Source: Callorhinchus milii (lineage: Eukaryota). Taken from it: 64,000 nt of DNA. The stretch is taken from NCBI RefSeq assembly GCF_018977255.1, contig NW_024704743.1:82214001-82278000 (forward strand). The letters run 5' to 3'. Shown here one piece after another: positions 25,191 to 37,089 of the stretch. The position numbers were made by a program, and so were the translations under genes. The notes beneath the pieces are model-generated. The model made no database searches, was not told where the DNA came from, and saw nothing but the letters and a program-made list of their open reading frames with translations. Numbering within the stretch: position 1 is the first letter of the stretch; each line of letters opens with the position of its first letter.

Positions 25191-26213
25191 AATGGGTCAA
25201 AGCAATGTGACTACAAGGGGTTCCCTGCAAAAGATGTACTTTATTCCTCTGGGAAAGGCCAAACCTAAAGCGATGACCCGAATAACAGATCCCAGCCCAG
25301 CAAGCTCATTGCATGGTGATACCAGAAGGTGGTGAGGGAAGCAAATGTATTTGTTTCTTCTGAAGACCCTTTCCACCCTTCTCAATAGAAGGAGCATAGA
25401 GAAGGCGAAGGAGACTGTCTACCATTAGAGAGGGTACAGAATTCTAAGACCAAACTGGCTACAATTTTTACAGTGAGCCAGTGAAGCTGTGAAAGCATTG
25501 TTGTAAAGGTAGGGAGAATGGCTCATGTTTACCTGGAGGGATATCAAGTATATAACTGCAATGATGAAACATCTTGATTATCAATGATAAAACATCAATT
25601 AGTTAAACACCAGACTTGGGAACATAAACCACTGGGTTTGAACCCTACTTGATCCATTCAGCTCTTTCCCTCTCTCAAAGTGAAAAGAAAGAGTGCCGTA
25701 TTTAAAATTGTCCCTTTAAAAGACAGTAATTGCCCCTGGGAGATCATTTTGAGGAGAAGTATCCTATAAGGACAAGCAATTTCTTAGCAAATCCAAGTTT
25801 TTGCTGATAGCCGACTAGCATTACTGACTCATCAATGAACTGGGGAGATGATGACCTGATCGCAAGCCAAAGCCTCAGTTAACCAAGTACCATGCAGTAT
25901 GGGTAGTTTGGTACCACAATTATTACTTTTTATCTTCTCAATTATCGAAGGACCACTATAACTTTAATTAAATGAAATATTTCCTCCGGTTATGGGTATG
26001 GGATCATTTTTTGTTTGCACCTCAAAATGTGCGTAAAGAGAACCAGAATATCATTCTCTAAAGTGAAGGCAAATAAACCATTCTGGGCACGGGGGGATGG
26101 GAGGAAGGCAGTGGAGTCACCTGAAGGGGTCGTTGGAACAGCTGACACATGAGCAAAGGAAGAGTACACACCTATCCAGGGATATGCTGCCAATTGATGA
26201 AGGCTGGCACATC

Positions 26214-26400
26214 CAACAACAACAATTTGGATTTATATAGCGCCCTCCATGCCGGACAGCGTCTCAGAGCGCTTCACAGTAACGGATCCCGTGGCCGAGC
26301 CGGGGGAGGGGGAGGAAGGTTTTCCAAAGGCCTGGTCAAAAAGACAGGTCTTCAGCCGAGACCTGAAAATATCCAACCAACGTGGAAGCTTCAGAGCAGC
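26214..26400 (-). mobile_element. L2-type 3' tail fragment
   Basis: (AAC)n, atttatatagcgccctcca..agagcgcttcacagt..ggtcaaaaagacaggtcttcag. Confidence 0.7.
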
Positions 26401-28351
26401 TAATAGAATATAGCAGATGCTTCTACAATCAACAAGGCATAAGAGATTAAACCCAATAGCTAACTGACTTTAAATTGTTAAAAGTTGATCTGATCAAAGC
26501 AGGTCTGACTTCCTGTGAGCCATCTGGTGGGATATCCACAAAGCAAAAAATCAAACAAGTCTATCATTCATGCATTAAGCTCCAACCTGCACCTGTAAAT
26601 AAATATTACACATTTGCCCACAAAACCCAGAGTCATTACACCTTAAGATCTTAAGGAAGAAAAGAAAGGTCAAGTAACATCCAGTTGCATCTCAATATAT
26701 TGGTTTCTTCTGGACAATCCCCAGCCTTGTCAGCCATCAAACAAGGAAGGTGTCAGGCAGTAACCTTGACCACACAAATGTAAATGCACCCTAAGGTAGA
26801 CAGATGTGGAAATATCAAGAAAACTGAAATAGAATAAACAATAGAAAAATAATTATTATTCAGAGAGAATAATACTATGTATCTTCTCAACATGTAGCAC
26901 AATTGAGTTTCATTGTGTACATCATAAATTATTCATGTAAACCTGTTAAAATAGATTTCACAGCAAAAAATGACAAACCATTTTTACAAAGATTCAAGTA
27001 AAGCAAGCAACAAACTATATAAAGGCAATATCCAAAGGTGTATAGTGCCCATACACTACATTACACCATAGCACACATAGAAATTTCAAATGAATGTGTT
27101 TGTTTGAAAACCTTTTTGAAAAATAAATAAAAATGATTTTAAAAAGGAGCTTTTTTAGCACTAACAATTCTTTATGAATATATATCACTAGAGATCCCTT
27201 GTAATGGTGTACACCTCACACTTTCATACTGCTGAGTGCAGGTACAAGATGTTGTACTTGCTTCTAGACAATCTAAGAAATACTATACATCAATCTATTC
27301 AAACTAGCTTCACTATTGGTCATTGTAATTGGACTGTCTTTCGATAAAATCAGAAGGTTTATAAATATTATTCACCTAGCATGCAGCCTCTATGATCCTG
27401 CCCATCCATTGCCTAATGCAAAAAACACAATGTAGTGAAAGGAATTGATCTAGTTGTTTCAAATTTTCAAAAATATATCTTCCAGCTTTCCACACTGAAG
27501 TTAAACTCAGAATGCACAATGGGATTTCAACCCATGGTTGGGTCTTTACAGCACACAAGGAAGAACAGCAGTTATGTATAACTATATGTTACAACTTTTC
27601 TCTGTTTTGGTCTAATCTACAAACATGCACTTTTGCTTTCTTTACCCAAGTTTATTCAATGTTCATTCTGTATGAAATCAATTGGTCAAAATCTCCAAAT
27701 ATTTAAATCAGAACTGGTTACCCTGATTGGCCACATTGTTTTTTGTGTCAATTTCAATGCAATTAACATCATATTATTCATATCATTCACATTTAAATAC
27801 TTTGGATTAAGCTTTAGAACCTTGATAAACCTCGAAAACCTGTACTTATTCCATTTAGCCTTTGGCAACTAGGAAATGGAGAACTGGATGTTGTTAGAGA
27901 AGGAACATTCCCTTACACTGTCTCACACACTCACACACACACACTTCCATTCAGTGTAAATCTATACTTTAGCTCTCAACAGTTTTGCAAGAGCATTTGA
28001 TTATTGTAGCAGAATTGTAAAGTGAAAGACCAAACGGTAGTCATATGTCTAGAAAATTTCAAAAAATATCTAATGTTTTGGTTGCCAAAGGTTTGCAGAA
28101 TTCAATGTTTTTTTTTAAAAAATGGAATGTAAGGTTTGAGGATCTGGGATCTGAGCTTTATTTTAATCATTTCAAATGTGCCTGATCAAAAAAGACTGTT
28201 GCATTACGAAATAAAAAAAATTATCATCTATTAGTCCTCAATCGATTTGCAAACCACAGAGCAAATTCAAACAGAAGCTCCAAATTCGGAAGTTGTATTT
28301 CTGCCTAAAAGACAGACTCACATTCTGGGAGACTTTCATCAAAGCATCACT

Positions 28352-28803
28352 TGTGTGTCAGCCTGGCTCAGGTAGTAACAATCTCACCTCTGCATCAGAA
28401 GGTTGTGGGTTAAAGCCCCCACACTGGGACTCGGAATTCACAGTCTAGGCTGATACTTCAATACAGAGCTAGGGGGCACTGCAAATGTTGGAGATGCTGT
28501 CCTTTGGATGAAATGTTGTACTGCAGTGTCTGTTCAGGTGGACATTAAAGATTTCATGGCACTATTTGAAAATAGAAGGGAATTTCTGGTGGTGCCCTTG
28601 TCAACGACCACAAAAGAAAACTGATCACTCACTTTATGGCTGTTTGTTGGTCATTTTTGTACACCAATTGGTTGTCACATTCACTACAAAATATACAGTC
28701 ACTATTCTTTACAATAAGTCCTGTGAAGCACTTTGAGGTATCCCTCCAATGTGAATGACACTATAACAAACGCATGATTATTATATTAGACTATTATTAT
28801 TAT
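28352..28803 (+). mobile_element. Full-length older DeuSINE/SacSINE1-like SINE
   Basis: tRNA-like head (gcctggctcaggtag..tcagaaggttgtgggttaaagcccc), Deu-like body (tctaggctgatact..ttcaggtggacattaaagatttcatggcactatttgaa), L2-type tail. Confidence 0.85.
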
Positions 28804-29239
28804 TTCAGGATAACCATAAACCACATTTGTAATTACAACCCACAATACTTTTCACAAAACGTATAAGGGAGGCAAAGATTAGCATTTAACCCACGGAAAA
28901 AGGCAGAATCTGGAAATGATACAGCACAAAAGCTAGGCTGAATTGAATCACTTTACAGCCTTTCCCACAATTATATTGGGCTCTGATACAACTAAAAATA
29001 GCTGAGCTGGCTGAGACTTCAAGTTCAAGTGCAAATGTGAAACCAAGAGAGAGCTTCCTCCTATTATCAAATACAGAGAATTACACACTTTTGGTACAGA
29101 TATTTAGCGTCTAATGATTCTATGATTCATATCTACTTTTGCTTAGTCTATGAACATCTGGTCTGGGTGGTAATATCAGCTATTCGCCAAAAGCTGTTTA
29201 TAAATTTAATGTGTCAAATAATTTTTTTCTGTTTTTCTC

Positions 29240-29555
29240 CCCACTGAATGCTGGGGTGCGGTTCCATAGAGCATTGGCTTCCCTCTGCTATCTCACCCAA
29301 GAGGCCATTTTTTTTGTTTGAGTCTTCACAGTCAGTATTGGCAAGCCACTGGACGTCACAGCCAAGCTTGACCCTGTCCTACCTGGCTGCCACATGTGCG
29401 CACAACCAGTAGAGGGTGCTGAAGAGGGACAAGAATTAGGAACCCTGGCTAGTTTTATTTTTCCGAACCCAGGAAAGGCCAGGGATAACATAGCCTCCCT
29501 AAGTAGTTAATGATCGAGACTAGCAAACTCAGCATGGACTGGGATTCACCAAGAA
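29240..29555 (-). mobile_element. Ancient SINE-like repeat (third family)
   Basis: Reverse complement atgctgagtttgctag..cctgggttcggaaa..tagccagggttcct..cacatgtgg..aggacagggtcaagcttggctgtga; homologous to 14670-14870. Confidence 0.55.
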
Positions 29556-29596
29556 TTTTCTCATTGTCAGCATCATTCTTGCAGTTGATTTAGTCA

Positions 29597-29975
29597 TTAT
29601 CACGTTGTCAAGATGTCTCGAAGCGCTTCACAGGATATACTGTAAAGTGGATTGACTGTGTATTTTATGGAAGAAACACGACAGCCAGTTGTGCACAGAG
29701 GTGTCCTTCAAACAGCCAGAGTGTGAGTGAGAAATTTTATTTGGGGGATTGTTGGCCAGGATATCGGGAGAAACTCCCTTCTCTTTCCGAGTAGTGTTAT
29801 GGGATCTTTAAGGGCCACCTGAGCAGGCAGATGGGATTTTGGTTTAACAGCTCATCCAAAGGTTGGCACCTCCAACAATGCAACACACCCCCAATGCTGC
29901 ATTAGAGTGTCATCTTAGACTATGCGGGGCTTGAACCTACAACCTTCTAACTCAGAGGTGAGAGTGCTACCACTG
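29597..29975 (-). mobile_element. DeuSINE-like SINE, near full length
   Basis: Body motifs plus head ggggcttgaacctacaaccttctaactcagaggtgagagtgctacc. Confidence 0.85.
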
Positions 29976-30009
29976 CACCGGTTCACACACAAACATGGCA
30001 GGAGACTAT

Positions 30010-31762
30010 GTACTGAACTCATCCTATCCCTAAAACCAACCACCTGCTCCCTTGACCCCATCCCCACTCCACTCCTTATCTCCCAGCTCCATTTTCTTGC
30101 CCCACACATCACTGACATCATAAACCTGTCCCTCTCCTCTGGCTCTGTCCCCATTCCATTAAAAACTGCCATCATCACGCCCACCCTGAAAAAACCCTCC
30201 CTTGATGCGTCGCAGCTATCAAGCTACCGGCCCATCTCCAACCTCCCCTTTCTCTCCAAGGTCTTGGAAAGAGTTGTCGCCTCCCAACTGCGCTCTTTCC
30301 TCTCCACCCATTCTCTTTTTGAACCCCTTCAGTCAGGTTTCCGTGCTGCTCATAGCACAGAAACTGCCCTGGTCAAGGTCACCAATGATATCCTGACTAT
30401 CTGTGACCAGGGCTCCCTCTGTCTCCTCGTCCTCCTCGACCTATCGGCAGCATTCGATACGGTCGACCACGCTATCCTACTCCACCGCTTGTCCTCCCAC
30501 CTCAACCTTCAAGGCACTGTCCTTGAATGGTTTAGCTCTTACCTTTCCCACCGTCTTCACTTCGTCTCAACGAATGGCTTCTCCTCCACCCCCCGTACTG
30601 TCTCATGTGGTGTCCCTCAGGGCTCTGTCCTCGGTCCCCTCCTCTTCACCCTCTATATGCTCCCCCTCGGTGACATCATCCGCAAACATGGGGTTAACTT
30701 CCACATGTATGCGGATGACACCCAACTCTACCTTTCCTCCTCTACTCTCAACTCCACGACCACCGATGTCCTGACAGCCTGCCTGTCCGACATCGAGTCC
30801 TGGACGAGAGACAACTTTCTTCAGCTCAACGTGCGAAAAACCGAGGCCCTCCTGATTGGCTCACGTCAGCGCCTCCGCACCTCAGGCGCTGACACCATCA
30901 GCATCCAAGGCTGCACTCTCCACCTCTCAAAGCCAGTCAGGAACCTCGGCGTTTTGTTCGACCCTGAGCTGTCCTTTCTCCCTCACATCCGCACCACAAC
31001 TGGCACCGCCTTCCATCACCTCCGGAATATCGCCAGATTACGGCACTACCTCACCCCTCACGCTGCTGAAACCCTGGTTCACGCCTTTGTCACCTCAAGG
31101 CTGGACTATGGGAACTCTCTCCTCGCCGGCCTTCCCGGCACCTCCCTCCACAAGCTGCAGGTCATTCAGAACTCTGCAGCTCGTGTACTGTCCCGCACCA
31201 GGCTTCGGGACCACATCACTCCCACCCTCGCTCGCCTCCACTGGCTCCCCATCCCCCAGAGGATTGATTTCAAGATCCTCATCCTCACCTACAAGGCCAT
31301 TCACGGCCTTGCTCCCTCCTACCTCTCCAACCTACTATCCCCCTACCTACCTGCCCGTACCCTCCGTTCCTCTGGCTCCGGTCTGCTCCACGTCCCCCGC
31401 CCCAACCGCCCTACTATCGGTGGTCGGGCCTTCAGCCTCTCAGCCCCGAGGCTCTGGAACTCCATCCCCCAGTGCCTTCGCCTTGCTTCCTCCCTTTCCT
31501 CCTTCAAGGCCGGTCTCAAAACCTTTCTCTTTGACCGTGCCTTCAGCTCCCCTCTCGACTCTCTTCCTCCTCCTCGCTCCCTCCCTTCCCTCCCCTCACC
31601 CTGACCATTTCCCCCCTCCTCGCTCCCTCCCTTCCCTCCCCTCACCCTGACCATTTCCCCCCTGCTCGGGTCATGACCCAACTGTGCAGCGCCTTGGGAC
31701 GTCCTCCTGACGTGAAAGGCGCTCTATAAATGGAATCTTGTTGTTGTTGTTGTTGTTGTTGT
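30010..31762 (+). mobile_element. Young 5'-truncated L2-clade LINE
   Basis: Uninterrupted RT frame, C-rich 3'UTR, terminal stem-loop and (TTG)n tail. Confidence 0.93.
30012..31604 (+). CDS. L2 ORF2 fragment: reverse transcriptase domain and C-terminus (no endonuclease, no true start)
   Basis: Motifs [64 protein letters not shown] (30708), RNLGV, SRLDYGN, LHWLPI are typical of L2/CR1-group RT. Confidence 0.9.
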   Translation, partial: TELILSLKPTTCSLDPIPTPLLISQLHFLAPHITDIINLSLSSGSVPIPLKTAIITPTLKKPSLDASQLSSYRPISNLPFLSKVLERVVASQLRSFLSTHSLFEPLQSGFRAAHSTETALVKVTNDILTICDQGSLCLLVLLDLSAAFDTVDHAILLHRLSSHLNLQGTVLEWFSSYLSHRLHFVSTNGFSSTPRTVSCGVPQGSVLGPLLFTLYMLPLGDIIRKHGVNFHMYADDTQLYLSSSTLNSTTTDVLTACLSDIESWTRDNFLQLNVRKTEALLIGSRQRLRTSGADTISIQGCTLHLSKPVRNLGVLFDPELSFLPHIRTTTGTAFHHLRNIARLRHYLTPHAAETLVHAFVTSRLDYGNSLLAGLPGTSLHKLQVIQNSAARVLSRTRLRDHITPTLARLHWLPIPQRIDFKILILTYKAIHGLAPSYLSNLLSPYLPARTLRSSGSGLLHVPRPNRPTIGGRAFSLSAPRLWNSIPQCLRLASSLSSFKAGLKTFLFDRAFSSPLDSLPPPRSLPSLPSP

Positions 31763-33933
31763 AAAAACTTCAGTTCTGCACATGGAGTAATTGTTAGTCT
31801 CTTGTATTTGCAACTCTATGCAGAGCAATTAATAACAAGGCACAGATCTTATAGGCAATAAATGTCCAACTGATGTTTCCTTTTAATCTTATTTTTACTT
31901 TAATTTTTGTTTAGTTGAGATGGTTTCCTACTGAACAACTCTCCTGTGCATGTAGGGGAAGCTTGTTAATGCACCCATTGAGAATGATGTCAAGAGATAT
32001 CAGTCTGCAGCATACCTGGAGGCCAGTCACTGTGTAAATTATCATAAGGTTGCTAAATTGATTTATTAGCAACCCGTAAAATTGCAAAATTCACGCAATA
32101 GTTTTACTCAAAACATGAAATGAATTGAAATTTTTAAGAAAATGAACCCTACTAATATTAATAGCAGTCACCTTGAGTTATAAATTGGACTATTGCTGCT
32201 GTTTGGCTGCATTGGAATTCAATTGTTTATTTTTGTAAGAGCAAAGCACATTTTAATTAGTAGCTTGTTTGTTGTGGGACATAAAGAGCCCGTTTACCTA
32301 TGAAGACTTAAATGCAAGTAGCTGCTTTGATAGAAAATGTAAGGAATAATTTGATTGTATTTGATTGTGTGATTGCAATACATTGTCACTTTGAGACTCT
32401 AATCGATTTCTTAATCGTTCACAAAATAATTACACGCACCTTAAAGATTTTTTTAAATTGAAAGACCAATTGCATGTGGATAATGCATTAATTGCATTAC
32501 TGCCTTATTTGTAATCAGATATAGTTTATCCCTTAATAAATCGGCACTAAATAGTCACAATCGTTGATCATTCAAGGAGCATGTCCCCACACATCCCTTG
32601 TAGGATTTCTCAGCTATCTGGGTCTGTCATGATACCTGCTACTGAAAACACTGAAGACTAAACTGTTCTGACCAGCATTATGGTTCAATTTACTATAGAT
32701 ACATATTCCTTGCATTATTATTATATATATTTATATGGTGTAAAAAAAAGAAAAATAATGTTTCATGGACAGTAATAATAATAATAATATTAATAGTAAT
32801 CTTTTGTTGGGGTTCAGGTGACAATTCTATACATCTTGAACTTCCCTTTATTATTCTCAATAACAACAACTGCTTGTATTTATATAGTGACCTTCACATA
32901 GGGTAGAATCATAGTGCTGTGAGATCTCTGTGAGCTTTCCATGTTTTTACAACAAACAAGCTCCTCATAAAATGTGTCATGCTCTTGTACAACAATTACT
33001 TGCATTTATCATGTGGGGTAGCATCTTGGAGCGTTTAAACAGTAACAGTAAACAATTGCAATCCAGTGTAGCCAACAACAATTCATTCACAACTCAAGGT
33101 GCAGTTCAATTTATAATTCGAGGTGACTGCCAGCAGTGAGATTTCTGCCTGCTGTTCACTCCAGGTACCTATTATTCTGTATATAAACTATTTTTAATAC
33201 ATTCTCCTGTATGTCATATCAGTGGCGCTCAGACTTATGTGATTAAATAAAAAACATTTAGGGCTCAAACCTTTTGGTTCATTCACAAGAGAATTCTTGT
33301 CTACTATTGTATCTCTTGAACCTGACACAATGTTTCAGCAATTGACAAAAAGTATGTTTGTAACCATGTAACAACAGTTTTATTTTTGTCCGTTCTCACC
33401 TGATGAGCTCTTAAATATTTTAACTGTGTTGGTAGTCCAAATAAAATGAATCAACAAATTTGCTAGCTAACATTTAGAGGTTTTTTGGGCTATTTTTGTG
33501 TTTCTCCACTGCTCCCACCACTGTCAGACTTTCTCCATTGAAGCGCTCTGGGACGAGGCCTGGCATGGAGGACGCTATATAAATGTAAGTTGTTGTTATT
33601 GCCTGGAAGTCCGGATAGTCTGGGCCAGAGACTCACTATGTTTGTTGTCAATGTAACCACAGGATAAAACTTAATTTGCTTCCCTTAGTTGGAGTATGGG
33701 GGGTTCTCTAAAACATGAGGGTAAACGAAGCTCATCTATTAAAGGAAATCAAGTCTGAATGGCAATGTGAGTTGAACTCATGAGCTATCAAAATGAGAGC
33801 TCAGTGACTAGCACTACAGGCGGGGATTTGTGAGTCAGTGCTCCTAATGGCAAGCCACACAGTTTTAACAGGTTAAACTTCCACAGTACCGCAACACACT
33901 TTGTCCCCTTGGCTCTTGACAGCCTGCACCTAA

Positions 33934-34320
33934 TAGGAACATAGGAACATAGGAATTAGGAACAGGAGTAGGCCATTCAGCCCCTTGAGCCCACCCCACC
34001 ATTCAATAAGATCATGGCTGATCTTCTAACTTAACTCCATCTGCCCGCCTTATCCCCATATCCCTTAATCCCTCTATCCTTTAGAAACCTATCAATCTCA
34101 GTCTTGAATATGTTCAAGGACTGAACATCTACAGCCTTCTGGGGTAGAGAATTCCATAACTTCACTACCCTCTGAGTGAAGAAGTGTTTCCTCAACTCTA
34201 TTCAAAAAGGCTGACCCTTAATCTTAAGACTGTGACCCCTGGTTATAGATTCTCCAACCAGGGGAAACAGTCTCACAGTGTCTACTCTGTCAAGCCCCAT
34301 AAGAATCTTGCATGTTTCCA
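33934..34320 (-). mobile_element. Relatively young CR1 LINE 3' end
   Basis: (ATAGGAAC)n terminus, aggagtaggccattcagcccc..; 34090-34290 closely matches 57448-57650. Confidence 0.9.
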
Positions 34321-35067
34321 TTCCAAACACACAAAATTTCTATGCATAGTTTGCTTACATATGTGAAACTCATGTGAGATCTGAATGCTGGTGATGGGTT
34401 TCCACGCATGGTAGACAAAAACGAAACAATTTGAAGCAAGCTCATGTTATTAATCTACATTGTTGCAATTGGTGTAAACAGAATACAGAGGTGAATACAG
34501 TTTATCCTATTTATGAATGAAATTTGTATGTAACTTTCTAGTCAAGACATGTTTTGTGCATTCTGACACTTCCTATTGCATATCATAAGATTTTTTAATG
34601 TCAATTTAAGAAAGTGATTGAGGATTTAAAATAGAACAAAATCATCCTATAGAACATCTATGAGAGTGTCATCTGTGGAATGCAATTGCTACATGATACA
34701 ACATTAATAAGGTTGAATCCTAGGCATCATTAAGTTGAAATCCTAGAGGTTTTTCTTGATTACCTTAGCGGTCAGGGAGAATTTTTATTTTTTATTTTGA
34801 ATGAAGGAAGAATAGTCTGTTTCAATGCAAACTATTTAAGGTCTGTTTGTAAAAAGAAACTCAAAGAGCTGAATTACTTTTTCTGATTCCATTGTGATCA
34901 AGATTGTATGTTTACATATAAAATGTTAAGAATCAATTAATAATAAACCACCGTAAAAGTTGACTCCTCTGTGTTCATCTCACTGGAGCTCTTTGTTTTT
35001 GTTTTACTCTGACCAATAAGTGTTTTACCTTGTTATATATCTCTGTGTGTCTCAAGAACCACAAAGA

Positions 35068-35405
35068 GTAATATTCCTTACATTCAGTTTAGCACCTTTC
35101 ATTTCTGGAGAACATCTCAAAGCCCTTCACAGGATTTATTATAAAGTGTAGTGGCTGTACATTTTGTGGGCAAAATCAGCATAAAATTTGCACACAGCAA
35201 CCATTAAATGAATGGCTAATTTTATTAGTGGGATCGTTGGCCAGGACATCTTGAGCAATTCCCTTCTCTTTTCGAATAGTAACATGAGATCTTCAACTTA
35301 CATCTGAACAGGTAGATGTGGCTTTGGTTTAATATCTAATCTGAAGGATGACACCTTTGACAATGCAAACCCCTGCCCAGCACTCATTTGGATGTCATCT
35401 TAGAA
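35068..35405 (-). mobile_element. DeuSINE-like SINE fragment
   Basis: Tail and ttggccaggacatc..gaatagt..catctgaacagg..gaaggatgacacctttgacaatgca. Confidence 0.8.
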
Positions 35406-36098
35406 GATGCAAGTTTTTTTCCTATTTTTACTAGTTCTATGATTTTGGGGTCCTCTTGGAACATGCAGCTGTTCCCAAATTAGATAACAGAACATGACAT
35501 CCTCTGAGTCTCTGAAATGGATTGAAATTAGCTGATACGTTAGGTTCATGGGAATGGCTCCACAGGAAAGTATCTTGTCAGGCATTGTTAAATAATTTTT
35601 TTTAAAAATCCTTGCATTATGGTGTCTTTCATGTCGGGAGGAGTCTCAAAGTGCTTCACTGCATTTTGTGTACTTTGTAGATGTATTTGGTAGGTGAATA
35701 CCGGGCAGAGACTGGAACACTTTGAATGAGACTGGGGGTGTGCACAAATGTGCCATCCCATGCTGTAGCATATTAGTGCATTAGTATCCTGCAATGCTAG
35801 GCACCTCGATCCTTTTTGGTTCGTATCATATTAATGAAATGGTTTTGCAAGACTGGGGGTGGGGGAGGTGACTTTTCACTTGGGATAAAGTCAGTTAAAT
35901 GAAATCCTTTGTTTCTTTTTAATCTGTGTTTTCACAGAAATCTTATCTTCACAATTACACTATCATGTTTTAATCAAACAAGTGAATAGATCTGGCATAG
36001 CTCCTCGAAATTCACATTTACATGATTGCATATCTTTATTTGCTGTGTATTTTCAGTTGTAAAATTAAAACGTTATAAACATTAGGAAATGCAAAACA

Positions 36099-36447
36099 GT
36101 AATAATCCTTGCATTTGATATAGTGCCTTATCACGTTTTCTAGATGTCCCTAATTGCTTCACAGAATATATTGTAAAGTGAATTGATTGTATATTTTGTG
36201 GGCGAAACGTGGCAGCCAATTGTGCACAGCAGTGTCCCACAAACAGTCAGGAATTGAATTGGCCAATTTATTATTATTATTATTTTTGAAGGAATTATTA
36301 ACCCCGGAAAAACGATCTGCCAATCGACTACCAACTGGGTTCCTATGTACTGGTAGGTAAACAGAGGCGTGTGGAGCAAGAAACTTGCCCAACATTTCGA
36401 ATCCAGGTCTCTCGCTTGTGAGGCAAGTGTTTTAACCAATGAGCTAA
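36099..36447 (-). mobile_element. tRNA-headed SINE, long subfamily
   Basis: Head, extra segment (gcctctgtttacctaccagtacataggaacc..gtcgattggcagatc) and tail. Confidence 0.9.
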
Positions 36448-36758
36448 AATATAATGTGATTTGTGTTTTTTTTGGGGTACATTTCAAATCTATTTCCATA
36501 GAATAATAATGATAAAATAACCGGTATAGGGCCTTTCACGTCGGGAGAACATCTTACAACATTTACTGGAAAGTGTAGTTACTGTGTATTTTGCAGATGA
36601 TATGGTTCTTGAACCACATTTTGCAAAAGAACACATGGACCATGGTCACCGAGTTTAAATCCTTGCTTGTAAAGATATTTTTCAGATAGAGCTTTCATAC
36701 TTTGTTAAAAACGCTCTAAAAATATCGCGAGTTATTTTCGCGCATCTTTCATAAACAT

Positions 36759-37089
36759 GTGGAGTCCTGTAGCTCAGTGGTTAGAGCACTCGCTTTGCAA
36801 GTGAGAGACCTGAGTTCAATTCCAGGCAGAGGGCGAAACCTTGGGCAAGTTTCCTTACTCCACACAGAGCCTAATAATAATCCCTCCAAAAAAACAAAAA
36901 CAATAATAAATTGAGCATTTTCAATCTACGACTGTTTGTGGGACATTGCTGTGCGCAATTGGCTGCCGCGTTCGCCCACACATATACAGTCAATTCACTT
37001 TACAGTGTGTTCTGTGAAGCGCTTTGGGACGTCCTCCCGACGTGAAAAGCGCTATATCAAATGCAAGGATTATTATTATTATTATTATT
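36759..37089 (+). mobile_element. Young full-length tRNA(Ala)-like SINE, short subfamily
   Basis: A box tagctcagtgg, anticodon arm ctcgc-tttgcaa-gtgag, B box gagttcaattcc, Deu-like segment tgtttgtgggacattgctgtgcgcaattggctgccgcg, L2-like tail and (ATT)n. Confidence 0.95.

Noticed and set aside
29922..30011. ATG start and N-terminus of the 560-aa ORF
   Set aside because: Derived from the antisense SINE head and flank; fortuitous in-frame extension of a 5'-truncated L2.
36762..36837. Bona fide tRNA-Ala(TGC) genes (also at ~9760, ~25015, ~50403, ~53716)
   Set aside because: Each is fused to a SINE body and L2-type tail, with T-arm mismatches and no adjacent oligo-T terminator.
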